DNA of 57,802 nt from Minisyncoccia bacterium (GCA_044229075.1 JBGATS010000009.1:1-57802); one strand, 5' to 3'; numbered from the stretch's first letter, positions 18,078-29,105 are shown. Notes: generated from the letters alone by a model not told the origin. Numbers and translations: made by a program.

Positions 18078-19958
18078 TTATGAATGTTTTGGGTGAATGC
18101 CAAATGATTCAATGATAGTATTATATTCCTTTTGTTCTAAAGTTTCAATCTCTAATAATTTTTGAACAACTGCCTCGAGTGCGTCACGGTATTTATGAAG
18201 AGTATCAGTTGCAACCTGTAATGCATTATGTACAATTTTTGCTACTTCTTCGTCAATTTTTTGTTCGAGATGATCAGAATAATGATACCGATCCGTACCA
18301 GAACCTGCTCCAGGAATCATGCCTTCAGATTTTGAATATGCCACTGGACCAAGTAAATCACTCATTCCCCATTTGGTTACCATATCACGCGCAGTGCGTG
18401 TAACCACTTGTAAATCATTTGATGGGCCAGTCGTTACGTCACCGTATACAATTTTCTCGATTGCATACCCACCCAATGTTACCGTGATGTCATCAATATA
18501 CTGTGCACTTGTCATATTTTTTCGATCCTCAAGTGGAACATTTAGTATATACCCATTCGCCGCACCGCGCGGAATAATAGTAATCTTATGAACAGGATCT
18601 GCATGTGGAAGAACTGAGGCAAGAATAGCATGACCCGCCTCGTGATACGCAACAAGTTCTTTTTCTTTCAGTGTGAGGAGGAATGATTTGCGTTCTGGTC
18701 CGATCATAACTTTTTCAATAGCAGATAACAGGTCGGCCTGGGAAACTTTTACACGATTATCACGTGCTGCAAAAATTGCACCTTCGTTCATCACTGATTG
18801 CAGGTCTGCACCAGAAAATCCTGGTGTTCGTGCAGCAACGGTAGCCAATTGAATATCATCTGCAAGCGGTTTTTCATTGGCGTGAATTTGTAAAATTGCT
18901 TCGCGATCTTTACGATCTGGAAGTGTTAAATACACACGACGATCAAATCGTCCTGGACGCAAGAGTGCTGGATCAAGTACATCCGCACGGTTGGTTGCCG
19001 CCATGACAACTAGTTTGCTGGTAGGTTCGAACCCGTCCATTTCTACCAAGATCTGGTTCAAGGTTTGTTCACGTTCATCGTTTCCACCACCGAATCCAAC
19101 ACCTCGTGCGCGACCCACTGCATCAATTTCATCAATAAAAATTATTGCAGGCGACGCCAGTTTTGCTTGTTCGAACAAATCACGCACCCGTGACGCACCA
19201 ACACCAACGAACATTTCTACGAATTCTGATCCGGATAGATGGAAAAACGGTACGCCAGCCTCGCCTGCAACCGCACGTGCGAGGAGTGTCTTTCCAGTTC
19301 CTGGATTTCCTGTGAGGAGGACACCTTTTGGCATTTTTGCACCCACATCAAAGTATTTTTTTGGTTGTTTTAAAAAATCAACAATATCTAATAACTCCTG
19401 TTTTGCTTCCTCGTTTCCAGCTACATCTGCGAACGTAATTTTTTTATCTTTTCCATTTGGATCAGTTACACGCGCCTTTGATTGACCAAATGAAAACGCC
19501 TTCATACCACCTTGACCATTCATCTGTCGTGTCATCACCCAGAAAAAGAATCCGATAAATACAATTGGTGCAAGTATCGAAAGAATATTCAAGAGAATAA
19601 TAATAATATTATTACTCTCTTGTTTAATGGTAATAGGGGTTGTACGTAAAATCTCACCAGACACTCCGTAGGTTGCCAGTGTTTCGGTGAGCGACGCATC
19701 TGATTCTTTTTTTGCAATCTTTTTACTCTCATCCTTTGCGGTGATTGTTATCGTGTCTCCTTTTACCAAGATGTTAGCAATCTGACCAGTAGTAACCATT
19801 TCTGCAACTTGAGATAAGGAAATTTCATTTGATTTTTTTTGATGTTCGCCAAAGGTGCTATACATCATCCCAATTGCAATAAAAATAAGTATTGTTGAAA
19901 GGATTTGTTGCCAAAACCTATTTGGTGTTTTATTCTTCTGCTTGTTCGCTTGTTTCAT
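18078..19958 (-). CDS. ftsH: ATP-dependent zinc metalloprotease FtsH
   Basis: Two TM helices, [33 protein letters not shown]. Confidence 0.98.
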   Translation of the reverse strand: MKQANKQKNKTPNRFWQQILSTILIFIAIGMMYSTFGEHQKKSNEISLSQVAEMVTTGQIANILVKGDTITITAKDESKKIAKKESDASLTETLATYGVSGEILRTTPITIKQESNNIIIILLNILSILAPIVFIGFFFWVMTRQMNGQGGMKAFSFGQSKARVTDPNGKDKKITFADVAGNEEAKQELLDIVDFLKQPKKYFDVGAKMPKGVLLTGNPGTGKTLLARAVAGEAGVPFFHLSGSEFVEMFVGVGASRVRDLFEQAKLASPAIIFIDEIDAVGRARGVGFGGGNDEREQTLNQILVEMDGFEPTSKLVVMAATNRADVLDPALLRPGRFDRRVYLTLPDRKDREAILQIHANEKPLADDIQLATVAARTPGFSGADLQSVMNEGAIFAARDNRVKVSQADLLSAIEKVMIGPERKSFLLTLKEKELVAYHEAGHAILASVLPHADPVHKITIIPRGAANGYILNVPLEDRKNMTSAQYIDDITVTLGGYAIEKIVYGDVTTGPSNDLQVVTRTARDMVTKWGMSDLLGPVAYSKSEGMIPGAGSGTDRYHYSDHLEQKIDEEVAKIVHNALQVATDTLHKYRDALEAVVQKLLEIETLEQKEYNTIIESFGIHPKHS

Positions 19959-20116
19959 ATAATACGCAGTATAGCATCGAACTACCGTTTTGAAAAGAAA
20001 AGCAACTCTAAGTGGAAAAACCTCCTGCTAAGTATTGCACTATGAGAATTTAGACTTATTACTTTGATATTCTTACACACTATCTACCTATGAATCTTTT
20101 TATAAATCTTTTGATT

Positions 20117-21496
20117 CTATAAATACAACTCCACATGCTCACCCTCTGTTGGGGTTACCGCATTCACAGCAACCTGATCACGTAATCGACTTGCCAGAAA
20201 TTCTGATGAAGACGACTCCCCCATTACTACAAATACCGTTTCGATGTTTTTGTGAATACTCTTTACAAAATCTATTAACTGATCTGATCCTTTGTGTCCA
20301 GAAAACCCTGTAATCGTGTCAATCGTTGCTCGTACTGGAATTGTTTCTCCGAAAATTCTCACCTCTTTTTCACCACTTTGGATGACTCGGCCAAGTGTTC
20401 CCACGGCTTGATACCCAACAAGGAGGAGTGTGTTATTCGGGTCAGGGAGGTAGTGCCGCGCATGATGTACCACGCGACCACCGTTCATCATTCCTGATCC
20501 TGCAATGATAATTTTTGGATCTGGTGCGCCAAAAATCGCCTTGGAGTCTTCTGTTGTTTCTGCAATCTGAAGTCCTGGAAACTGAAAAATATCATCGCCG
20601 CCTATAATGTCAGTTTTTGCGGCGTGGTTGAAATAATCTTTTGCATCACGATAAATTTCAGTAATCCCGATCGCCAGCGGTGAATCCAAATAGGTAGTAA
20701 TACGTGGAACGTGACCATCTTCGATCAAGTTGTTAATTTCATAAAGTACTTCCTGGGTACGTTCTAATGAAAACGATGGGATGATTAAGGTTCCATGTCT
20801 TGCAATTACCTCGGCAATAACTCGTTGGAGATGTGCAGTACGATCTTCTGTATCATGGTTACGATCGCCATACACCGATTCCATCAAGAGGAAGTCTGGT
20901 TCCATAAATACCTCGGTATCACGAAGGAGTGTTGTAGGGGTATTCCCCAGATCTCCTGTACAGAGAAGTTTTTTCCCGCCATAAGAAAATTCCACCATCG
21001 CTGATCCCAATACATGTCCCGCATCAAAAAACTGTACTCCAATATCGTTCCCAATATCCAGATGATTGTGGTAAGAAATTACCTTCCAAAGTGAAAGTGT
21101 CTTTTGGATATCAGACTTATCATACATTTGTGGTAAATTTTTTTCTTTTGCTTCTGCTTCCATTAGACCAACTGCATCGTCAAACATTAATGCAGAAATA
21201 TCTTTGGTTGGTGGTGTAGAATAAATTACCCCATGAAAACCATCACGAATGAGTTTTGGAATCTTTCCAATGTGATCAGTATGGGCATGGGTAACGAATA
21301 AAATATCAATGGTTGCAGGGTCGTACGGAAATGCTCCAAAATTACTATCAGGATCCTGGTCGGCCTGTTCACCTTGATGCAACCCACAATCCACCAATAT
21401 TCGTTTTCCATTAATCTGGATCAAGAAATTCGCACCGGTCACATCACCAGTTGCCCCATGAAAATCAATTGTTCCAAAGAGTTTTTTGTCAGTCAT
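20117..21496 (-). CDS. MBL-fold beta-CASP ribonuclease
   Basis: VDCG, THAHTDHIG, AGHVLGS, TGDLG, MESVYG, FSGH. Start placed at MTDKK. Confidence 0.92.
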   Translation of the reverse strand: MTDKKLFGTIDFHGATGDVTGANFLIQINGKRILVDCGLHQGEQADQDPDSNFGAFPYDPATIDILFVTHAHTDHIGKIPKLIRDGFHGVIYSTPPTKDISALMFDDAVGLMEAEAKEKNLPQMYDKSDIQKTLSLWKVISYHNHLDIGNDIGVQFFDAGHVLGSAMVEFSYGGKKLLCTGDLGNTPTTLLRDTEVFMEPDFLLMESVYGDRNHDTEDRTAHLQRVIAEVIARHGTLIIPSFSLERTQEVLYEINNLIEDGHVPRITTYLDSPLAIGITEIYRDAKDYFNHAAKTDIIGGDDIFQFPGLQIAETTEDSKAIFGAPDPKIIIAGSGMMNGGRVVHHARHYLPDPNNTLLLVGYQAVGTLGRVIQSGEKEVRIFGETIPVRATIDTITGFSGHKGSDQLIDFVKSIHKNIETVFVVMGESSSSEFLASRLRDQVAVNAVTPTEGEHVELYL

Positions 21497-21885
21497 ATGA
21501 TAGGAGTATAGCACATATACAAGAAAAGCGGGGCGGCCAGAGGCCGCCTATAGGTATCTCGTGTTGTTTCTTGTAATACAACTTCCAAATTACCATATTG
21601 ATCAAATGCCCACTCAATCACTTCTACTCCAATTCCAGCAACCAGTGTCACCAATAAAAGCCACAGAAGTTTCTGAAAAGGATTCATTCCACGTACAGAA
21701 AACGAAAGCGCAATGAGTCCTGCCAAAAAACCACCAAAAACATGCATCGGGATATCAAAATGAGGAAAAATATAAAACCAGTCGAACAAAAGAGCGCCGG
21801 TATATACAATTCCGAGAAGAATAAATGACACGACTGCGTATCGAACAAAAAACCAATCAATGACAAGATTTTTGAAAATACTCAT
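21493..21885 (-). CDS. Small membrane protein, probably 3'-truncated
   Basis: FDIPMHVFGG and VEVIEW in TM segments; the C-terminus reads through a broken palindrome and a promoter. Confidence 0.6.
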   Translation of the reverse strand: MSIFKNLVIDWFFVRYAVVSFILLGIVYTGALLFDWFYIFPHFDIPMHVFGGFLAGLIALSFSVRGMNPFQKLLWLLLVTLVAGIGVEVIEWAFDQYGNLEVVLQETTRDTYRRPLAAPLFLYMCYTPII

Positions 21886-21903
21886 ATTATAGATAGTACC
21901 ACA

Positions 21904-21936
21904 TATAAAAAAACTCGCAAAGCGAGTTTTTTTATA
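21904..21936. terminator. Intrinsic terminator
   Basis: TATAAAAAAACTCGC-AAA-GCGAGTTTTTTTATA. Confidence 0.8.
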
Positions 21937-22063
21937 CTGAACCCAGAGAAAAGAGATTTATAACCACTTTATAAAAAATGGTTGTCCTACCGATAGTCCC
22001 ACAGGATTATCGAACACGGATTCCCTTGAAAAAATTGTTTAAAAATCTTTTTGTGAGGTTCAG
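21937..22063 (-). ncRNA. Candidate structured ncRNA with 6S-like architecture
   Basis: Closing stem, central bubble with side hairpin, apical stem; own TGGTATACT promoter (22080-22072) and downstream terminator. Confidence 0.5.
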
Positions 22064-22101
22064 ATACCATGAGTATACCAAAACTGTCCACAGTATGCAA
22101 A

Positions 22102-22569
22102 TTATTCAAATAAATCAGAATATACTACCTGTTCACCCAGTTTTTCGTAATCAAGAATCTCTTCATCTTTGAAAAATCTCTTAATTTCAATTTCTCCGTT
22201 CTCTACTGAATCAGATGCATGTACTACGTTTGATTGCATACTCATTGCGAGATCTCCACGGATAGTTCCTCCTGCTGCTTCAAATGCTTTTGTTGGCCCA
22301 ACAATAGTTCGAATTGCTGCTACCGCACCAGATCCAGAGAGTGCCATCACAATAACAGGAGCTGATTTCATAAATTTTTGAATTCTTGGGAAAAAGGGTT
22401 TATCAGCAATGTGTGCATAATGTTCTGACAAGAGAACATCGTTCAAGTGCATCATTTTCATCCCGATAAGTTTGAGTCCTTTTCGTTCGAATCGTCCAAT
22501 AATTTCACCCACTAAATTTCGTTGAATTGCGTCTGGCTTAATAATAATAAGCGATCGTTCTGTTTGCAT
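22102..22569 (-). CDS. ndk: Nucleoside diphosphate kinase
   Basis: IIKPDAIQR, GTIRGD, NVVHASDS. Confidence 0.97.
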   Translation of the reverse strand: MQTERSLIIIKPDAIQRNLVGEIIGRFERKGLKLIGMKMMHLNDVLLSEHYAHIADKPFFPRIQKFMKSAPVIVMALSGSGAVAAIRTIVGPTKAFEAAGGTIRGDLAMSMQSNVVHASDSVENGEIEIKRFFKDEEILDYEKLGEQVVYSDLFE

Positions 22570-22636
22570 AAAAATTATAAATTAAATAATAACTTTCTTA
22601 CGGTATCAAAAAAATGCTTATTAGGAAAGAAAATTC

Positions 22637-22685
22637 ATAATACAAAAAGCGGGGCGGCCAGAGGCCGCCCCGCTTTTTGTATTAT
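22637..22685. repeat. GC-rich palindrome (dispersed family; terminator/REP-like)
   Basis: 23-bp perfect arms ATAATACAAAAAGCGGGGCGGCC with AGA loop. Confidence 0.85.
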
Positions 22686-22690
22686 TAGTA

Positions 22691-25525
22691 TTACATATTC
22701 AAATACTTATTCTGAATTTCTTGTTCAATCTCTGCACGGTCACGGCCGTATTTCATATAGGATAACTGTTTGATCAATTCAATCTGATCAGGGTTACCAT
22801 TTTTTGGGCCTATATACCCATTGGGCGCAAAGGTGTTCAAGTTAAACGCAGGTTCTGGTTTACCGTTTACCAACAGACTGGCAATACAGTTGAAGTTCTC
22901 TTGTTTTACAATATCATCCTTGGTAAATCGTGGAGTGATTCGAGGCTCTGCCTGTGCGGCGTCATCGGGATCAATACGGAAAAATGCCATGTTTCCAACG
23001 TTTCCAAAAATCGCAGATCTAATATAGTCAGGGAGTTGTTTCATGTATTGGTGAGTCATATTGAGCACCAATTTATATTTTCGTGCTTCTGACAGAATCG
23101 CTGCAATAGACTCGGTCACCACATTTTGGAACTCATCGAGGTACACATAAAACGGTGGAAATTGCGAAAGATCTACCGCATCCGCACGTGACATGGCTGC
23201 CATTTGTAGTTTCATGATAATAATCAAACCCAGGAGGTTTCCGTTTTTTTCACCCAATAACCCTTTTGACAAGTTCACGATCAAAATTTTCTTGTTATCA
23301 ATAATATCTCGGAAATTGAATGCGGATTTTTCCTGTAAAATAATCGGGCGTAAAAATTCGTTAGAGATAAAGTCATCAAATTTTGATGAAATATACGGCA
23401 CAAAGTTTTCGAGTCCCTGTTCACCACTGGTTGCCTCTGCGGATTTCCAAAATTCTGCAATAATGGGATTCTTGTTTTTTGATAATTTCATTTTTCTGAA
23501 ATTCTCATTGGCGAGTACTCGTGTAATTTCCAGTACCGTGTTTCCCGATGCAGGATCTTCCATGTTCAGGAGTGCTGCGTTACGGAAATACTGCCCAAAC
23601 ATGGCACCACCTTGGGCTTTCATATCAAATAATTTATCAAAAAGTGACATCAATTCCCCAATCACCAACGATTTGGTCTGTGGAGATCGTTCGTCGAATT
23701 CCAACATGTTCAGCGCCATGGGTCTCGGTATGTATGCCGGGTCAAAGAAAATAACATCGTCGAAACGTTCTGGGGGAATATTTGCCAAAATCGTATTGAT
23801 ATCCGTACCGTGTGGATCGACAAAACAACACCCATCACCATTTTTGATATCCTGGATAATCATTTTCAAGAAAATTTGTGTCTTACCCACCCCCGTCTGC
23901 CCAATGGTGTAAAAGTGACGCAATCGATCTGCAGGAGAAAAATAAACGTTCTTACTATTACCGCGGTGTTCATTTACTCCAATCATGAGCCCTTCTGTTC
24001 CCATAGTCATTGGTGCTGGTTGGGTTGCTGCACCCGATTGTTTCAATTGTGCGGAACCCTCACTGTGTGTAGGAAAATGGAACATGGTTGCGAGTTCCTT
24101 GAAATTCAGACGGAACACTTTCTCTGGATCGAATCGCCGATAACTGTAATCGCGGAAAAATTTTTGCATTTCTGATTTTTTTGGTTTTTTAAACTCAATA
24201 CCGTTTGATTGTACCTCGGTATATTGCAAAAATGCCGACTCAAAATCTCGCAACATTTCATCTGCGCGTGCCTGTGTTTCTGCAGAGGTAATAATACGGA
24301 TGGTCGTTTCTACAATCGTTGCTTGTAATTTCTTGGTAACATTTTGAATTGCCATGTCGTCAATTTTTTTCTCGTCTTCTTTTTTATCTGATTTCACACC
24401 ATCATCTTTCCCGAGCCCTGTTCCGAACAGTGCATGCATAGCGGCTTTCCCCCATCCTGCAAGTTCGTTTCCGATGTCGAGTGAATATGATTCCTTGATC
24501 TTTTTCATAGACTCGCCCTTACGCAATCGATCCAGCGCCTTACCATATTCAGTGGTGAATCTGTCACCTACTGGTTTTACGATTACCTGTATGGACGCAC
24601 CTTCCCCTGTTTTTTTAATGCGATCAAAAATTCCCAAAACCAAATTCATCGGATCATGATCAAACGTATCATACGTTTTCAGGGTAAGCATATCAGTCTG
24701 GGTTGGTTGTGCGTATGATCCTGCAACGAACCCTTCGGGAAAGAATATATTATAATCATCGGTAACCTCTTGTACCTGTGCATGATGAAACAGTCCCAGG
24801 ACTTGTTTTTCAAAGAGTGCTGCAAATGTTCGAGGAACTTCAATAAAGAAAATCACCTGCTCTGTTTCATTGGGAAGAGCAATTTCAAAAGAAAAATAAT
24901 TTCGCTTTTCATTTTTCCCTGGACCAAGTACCTGCATCGATGCATAAAACTGCTCCATCAGGGACATGGATTCCTTAAAACTTTTTCCGGCCTCTGCGGC
25001 TGGCAAGGTAATTTCATAGAGTACCGTATCCAGGTTTTTATACGTTTCGGTATCATTTTTCAATCCTGGAACGGTGTGATACGCAGAAAGATACTGAACA
25101 AGAAATCGATGAAAATCATCATCCAGATGGGGGCTATTCATTTTTTGTAATAATTCAAGTGCATTACGAATCCCCGACTGCATCAACACAGAGACGAGTT
25201 CTTCGATTTTTGTATCATGCGCCTCTGGATGTAATTTTAATGCAATTACCTCGAGTTTTTGATCAGGTATTTTTTTATCAGGATGAACAACTTGTTCTAC
25301 GGGAGTTTTTTTATAATTCTCGATCAAATTATGTGCGAGTGATTCACGTGGTGTCTCGATATTTTTTGCAGAGAGTTCTGCCTCTTTTTGTGCGAGTTGT
25401 GCGCGCAAAAAATGTAACTCTTCATCAGGGGTTTGAAATGACTGAATGGTTTTTTGTTCTCCATGAAAGGTGTCATGAAAATGATTATCCTGTCCTGGTG
25501 TAAAGATTGGTGATTGAAATTCCAT
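22691..25525 (-). CDS. VirB4/TraD-HerA-like ATPase (type IV secretion DNA-binding domain protein)
   Basis: DRLRHFYTIGQTGVGKT, FVDPHG, YLDEFQN, ILSEARKY.L.L..THQY, AIFGNVGN. Confidence 0.88.
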   Translation of the reverse strand: MEFQSPIFTPGQDNHFHDTFHGEQKTIQSFQTPDEELHFLRAQLAQKEAELSAKNIETPRESLAHNLIENYKKTPVEQVVHPDKKIPDQKLEVIALKLHPEAHDTKIEELVSVLMQSGIRNALELLQKMNSPHLDDDFHRFLVQYLSAYHTVPGLKNDTETYKNLDTVLYEITLPAAEAGKSFKESMSLMEQFYASMQVLGPGKNEKRNYFSFEIALPNETEQVIFFIEVPRTFAALFEKQVLGLFHHAQVQEVTDDYNIFFPEGFVAGSYAQPTQTDMLTLKTYDTFDHDPMNLVLGIFDRIKKTGEGASIQVIVKPVGDRFTTEYGKALDRLRKGESMKKIKESYSLDIGNELAGWGKAAMHALFGTGLGKDDGVKSDKKEDEKKIDDMAIQNVTKKLQATIVETTIRIITSAETQARADEMLRDFESAFLQYTEVQSNGIEFKKPKKSEMQKFFRDYSYRRFDPEKVFRLNFKELATMFHFPTHSEGSAQLKQSGAATQPAPMTMGTEGLMIGVNEHRGNSKNVYFSPADRLRHFYTIGQTGVGKTQIFLKMIIQDIKNGDGCCFVDPHGTDINTILANIPPERFDDVIFFDPAYIPRPMALNMLEFDERSPQTKSLVIGELMSLFDKLFDMKAQGGAMFGQYFRNAALLNMEDPASGNTVLEITRVLANENFRKMKLSKNKNPIIAEFWKSAEATSGEQGLENFVPYISSKFDDFISNEFLRPIILQEKSAFNFRDIIDNKKILIVNLSKGLLGEKNGNLLGLIIIMKLQMAAMSRADAVDLSQFPPFYVYLDEFQNVVTESIAAILSEARKYKLVLNMTHQYMKQLPDYIRSAIFGNVGNMAFFRIDPDDAAQAEPRITPRFTKDDIVKQENFNCIASLLVNGKPEPAFNLNTFAPNGYIGPKNGNPDQIELIKQLSYMKYGRDRAEIEQEIQNKYLNM

Positions 25526-25566
25526 ATTATGCTAAATATAGCATAATATATTACTAATATACAATC

Positions 25567-27054
25567 TTATTTACTATTCCTTAATAATAAAACCAACCAA
25601 GAGAAAATCACTGCATAGATGCCAATCATAATCCACACAGAAAACGGTTGCAGAACCATTCCCCATGGGTCATGTTGCGCAGTCCATGTAGAAAAGCGAA
25701 TAATTACATCAATGATTACTTGAATAGGAAACGCAACAATCTTCCCCAGAATTGGTAGTATCATTCCAATAAATATCGAGAGAAATCCAAAAACAGTAAT
25801 CCATGGGATAAAACCAAGTACTGCAATATTCACGGGAAAGGTCACGGGTGAAAAATATCCCATCTGATAAATAATGAGCGGTAGGGTTACCACATTCACT
25901 GCAAGAGTCTGCAATAATATCTCTCCAAAAGTTTTCTCTGCAAGATTCTGAAATCTATCTTGGAGGAGTGGGAAAATATACACAATTCCAATCGTTGCCA
26001 GGAACGAGAGTTGCAACGACATATCGAACAAGATTGCATACGGTGATATCCACGTCATGATCACCAACGCCAACAAAATTCCTCGCGTAATCATGTAGGG
26101 CTTGATAAAATACCGAGCAGAAAAAGCACACAATGCCATAATACCCGCTCGCAACGATGTTTGTGAGACACCTACAATACCAATAAATATCACCAGTGCA
26201 ATCATGGCAATAATGAGTCGCCGATAGTATCCCAGTGGTGCCGCCATCCAAACAAAGAAATTTGCAACCAGAGTAATGTTATACCCGGAGAGAACCACGA
26301 TATGAATCAGCCCCACCATACGGAATATGTCCAACATATCAGTATCGAGAGATGAGGTGTCGCCAATAATAATCCCTGACAATAACCCCGAACCTGGTGC
26401 AACATACAACTGATGTAGTGTAGTAATAAAATGATTTTTTATACGAACCAAGAAGTTGGAAAATATATTTTCTGATGGCGGAATGATTCTCTGAAATACA
26501 GGAAATCGAATATCACCACTAATTTTCCGACTATAACTCATCAATCGATACTGAACAGTTCGATCGGTATCAGAGGTAAAATTCTGTCTCAAGGAAAACT
26601 TCCCCGAGACGACTACTGTGTCTCCCAGGGTGAATGAAAGCAGGTCGCTGGTATGAATAACAATATCCATGGTTGGTTGAATAATTTTTTTACCATCGAT
26701 CGTTGTGGGGTGAATACGTACCTGCTGTTTTCCTGGTTGAAAAACTGGTGGACGCTGTATGGTACCAACTACGGTAATTTGTTTGTTGTGATACTCATCA
26801 TACCTATTGAATGGATAGTGCCGGTGATAGTGTGTTGTTCGCAAAAAACCAAGAGAGAAAAATACCAGGGTTATCAAAAAAACAGGGAGCTTCCTCTTCA
26901 TTGGAACCAATTTCTGAAGTAAAAAAATCCAGACGATCATTCCCAGGATTATCCATCCGAGAGATCCTGTAATCTGGTCAGGTGATACAAATTGGGCGAG
27001 AATCATCCCAGAAATGAGCCCAATACCTGCGCTATAAAAAAATCTCGACTGCAT
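25567..27054 (-). CDS. comEC: ComEC/Rec2 competence channel (membrane part)
   Basis: GLIHIVVLSGYNI, LRAGIM, SLQLSFLAT; multiple TM segments; no C-terminal MBL domain. Confidence 0.92.
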   Translation of the reverse strand: MQSRFFYSAGIGLISGMILAQFVSPDQITGSLGWIILGMIVWIFLLQKLVPMKRKLPVFLITLVFFSLGFLRTTHYHRHYPFNRYDEYHNKQITVVGTIQRPPVFQPGKQQVRIHPTTIDGKKIIQPTMDIVIHTSDLLSFTLGDTVVVSGKFSLRQNFTSDTDRTVQYRLMSYSRKISGDIRFPVFQRIIPPSENIFSNFLVRIKNHFITTLHQLYVAPGSGLLSGIIIGDTSSLDTDMLDIFRMVGLIHIVVLSGYNITLVANFFVWMAAPLGYYRRLIIAMIALVIFIGIVGVSQTSLRAGIMALCAFSARYFIKPYMITRGILLALVIMTWISPYAILFDMSLQLSFLATIGIVYIFPLLQDRFQNLAEKTFGEILLQTLAVNVVTLPLIIYQMGYFSPVTFPVNIAVLGFIPWITVFGFLSIFIGMILPILGKIVAFPIQVIIDVIIRFSTWTAQHDPWGMVLQPFSVWIMIGIYAVIFSWLVLLLRNSK

Positions 27055-27067
27055 AAACGTTTTTTAA

Positions 27068-27799
27068 TTAACCATTCCAAGACCGTATCAAAGCTTCTTG
27101 TTCTTTTTGTGAGAATACTTTCTTATACTTTGACGACTTACCATGTACTGCTGCCTTGCACGATTCCCAATCTTTGAATATCTGCACGGTTCCGTTGACG
27201 TGTGCGACATATGCATAGGCTTTTTCAGAGGTTTTTTTCTTTGCCGTATTTTTTGATGGAGTAGTAGAAATAGTCGGGGTCAATATCCGTTGATCATACG
27301 CTGCTAGTTCGCCATGAAAGAGATCTTGTTTTTTATGCATCGCAAAACTCGTCGCGATTGTATCACAACGCTCATTACCCCATACACCCGCATGGCCGCG
27401 AACGTGTATGAATGATAATTTTTTAAAATGACTTTTCAAGGAAACTAATTGCTTCCAAATTTCACTATTCAACACAGGTGTTTTTGTACTGGTTATCCAA
27501 TTGTTTTTTTGCCATCCAAACATCCATTTTGTAATTCCATTGATTGCATAGGACGAATCTGTGTGAATAACAATATGCGAATCTGGTGAAACATTATTTT
27601 TTTTCAAGTTCTGAAGTGTTGTTAAAATCGCCGTTAATTCCATCTTATTATTTGTCGTTTTTGGATCATAACCTCCAAATTCAACTACTTTGTTTTCCGA
27701 TTGAAATACAATCACACACCCATAACCACCTGGACCAGGATTTCCCATGGATGATCCATCGGTATAGATAATAATGAGTTGGAAAAAATTTTGTTTCAT
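27068..27799 (-). CDS. rnhA: Ribonuclease HI with C-terminal hybrid-binding (Cauli_VI-like) domain
   Basis: YTDGSSMGNPGPGG, TTNNKMEL, TDSSY, HVRGHAG..GNERCD; C-terminal FKDWESCKAAVHG..SKYKK. Confidence 0.93.
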   Translation of the reverse strand: MKQNFFQLIIIYTDGSSMGNPGPGGYGCVIVFQSENKVVEFGGYDPKTTNNKMELTAILTTLQNLKKNNVSPDSHIVIHTDSSYAINGITKWMFGWQKNNWITSTKTPVLNSEIWKQLVSLKSHFKKLSFIHVRGHAGVWGNERCDTIATSFAMHKKQDLFHGELAAYDQRILTPTISTTPSKNTAKKKTSEKAYAYVAHVNGTVQIFKDWESCKAAVHGKSSKYKKVFSQKEQEALIRSWNG

Positions 27800-27864
27800 A
27801 AATATAGTAAAAATTCTATACTAAAAAAAATACCCATTAATTTAATAAAAATTAACTCTTACAA

Positions 27865-28365
27865 TTAAGATTGTCTTTCATTTTTATCTTCATAATCAAA
27901 TTTTGGATCTGGAAAAAATTTTAATCGAATTTTTCGTTCAAAAAATGATAAAATTGCAAGTACAAAAAAGGTAAGCATGGTGACGAAAACAGCCTCTCGA
28001 AACATACCAAAACCTACCGCGATACCAATTCCTGCACATGTCCATAATCCAGCGGCGGTTGTCAAATTTTGTACATGTCCATTATCGAGAAAAATTAAAC
28101 CTGCTCCTAAAAACCCAACACCGGTTACCACTGCTGCAGCAATTTGTGCTGGACTAAAACCATCTCCCGCCATTGATAAATTTGACCCAATGTAAAGTGA
28201 TATAATAATAAATTGACAACTTGCAACAGATGTCAGTGCGTAGGTACGTAGTCCAGCTGTTTTATGTGCATAAATTCTCTCAAGACCAAGAACTAAACCT
28301 AACATCATTGCCAAACATAGTTTCGCGATAACGATTAAAAAACTTTGATCAATAATAAATTCCAT
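27865..28365 (-). CDS. MgtC/SapB family membrane protein
   Basis: GLER...K.AGLRT, VVTGVGFLGAG, LTTAAGLW. Confidence 0.92.
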   Translation of the reverse strand: MEFIIDQSFLIVIAKLCLAMMLGLVLGLERIYAHKTAGLRTYALTSVASCQFIIISLYIGSNLSMAGDGFSPAQIAAAVVTGVGFLGAGLIFLDNGHVQNLTTAAGLWTCAGIGIAVGFGMFREAVFVTMLTFFVLAILSFFERKIRLKFFPDPKFDYEDKNERQS

Positions 28366-28423
28366 AAATATACTATACCATAAAAAAATTTATAATCATT
28401 ACACTTGTGTTTATTAAAAAAAT

Positions 28424-29035
28424 TTACACGCCCGTAATCACACGAACAACAGAGAGTACAACCGGACTAATAAATCTCCATAATACAAATGCAACAATAA
28501 ACATCAAAATAAAACTGTATTGATAGAGTGATGTATACGCACGACGCAGTTTCTGTGGGAGTAATGCTGCGAGAATATGATGACCATCCAGTGGCGGCAC
28601 TGGGATAAGATTAAATACTGCCAGGGAAACATTAATAACAACAATCATCAAGAAAAATTGTCCCATCAACGCACTCACAGGCATAAACCGAAACAATAAC
28701 CCAAAAATTACTGCGATAATCAAGTTCACTGCAGGTCCTGCTGCCGCCACTAATGCCCCTCCATATCGTTCCTTCCAGGCTGATCCACGGATATTCCGTG
28801 GATCATACGGAACAGGTTTTGCCCAGCCGAACACAACAGGTGAGCCAGAGATTACAAATAAAATTGGTAATATAATGGACCCCATTGGATCGATATGTGG
28901 AATTGGGTTGAGTGTTAATCTCCCTAATAGTCGAGCCGTTGGATCACCCAGATATTCTGCCATATAGCCGTGCGATATTTCATGGAGAATAATAGAGATG
29001 ATTAAAATAATAACTGAAAGTATTCCTAATGTCAT
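28424..29035 (-). CDS. Site-2 protease (peptidase M50)
   Basis: HEISHG, GDPTA..GRLTLNP, FNLIPVPPLDG. Start placed at 29035. Confidence 0.93.
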   Translation of the reverse strand: MTLGILSVIILIISIILHEISHGYMAEYLGDPTARLLGRLTLNPIPHIDPMGSIILPILFVISGSPVVFGWAKPVPYDPRNIRGSAWKERYGGALVAAAGPAVNLIIAVIFGLLFRFMPVSALMGQFFLMIVVINVSLAVFNLIPVPPLDGHHILAALLPQKLRRAYTSLYQYSFILMFIVAFVLWRFISPVVLSVVRVITGV

Positions 29036-29105
29036 AGACGGGCAGTATACCACATTTACTAAAATGAAAAAACCCTCGAATATATCGAAGATTTTTCATA
29101 TAAAA

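Noticed and set aside
18179-25503. Long antisense ORFs inside ftsH and the ATPase (for example 18991-19485 and 23193-23912)
   Set aside because: Shadow frames of conserved genes with no motifs of their own.
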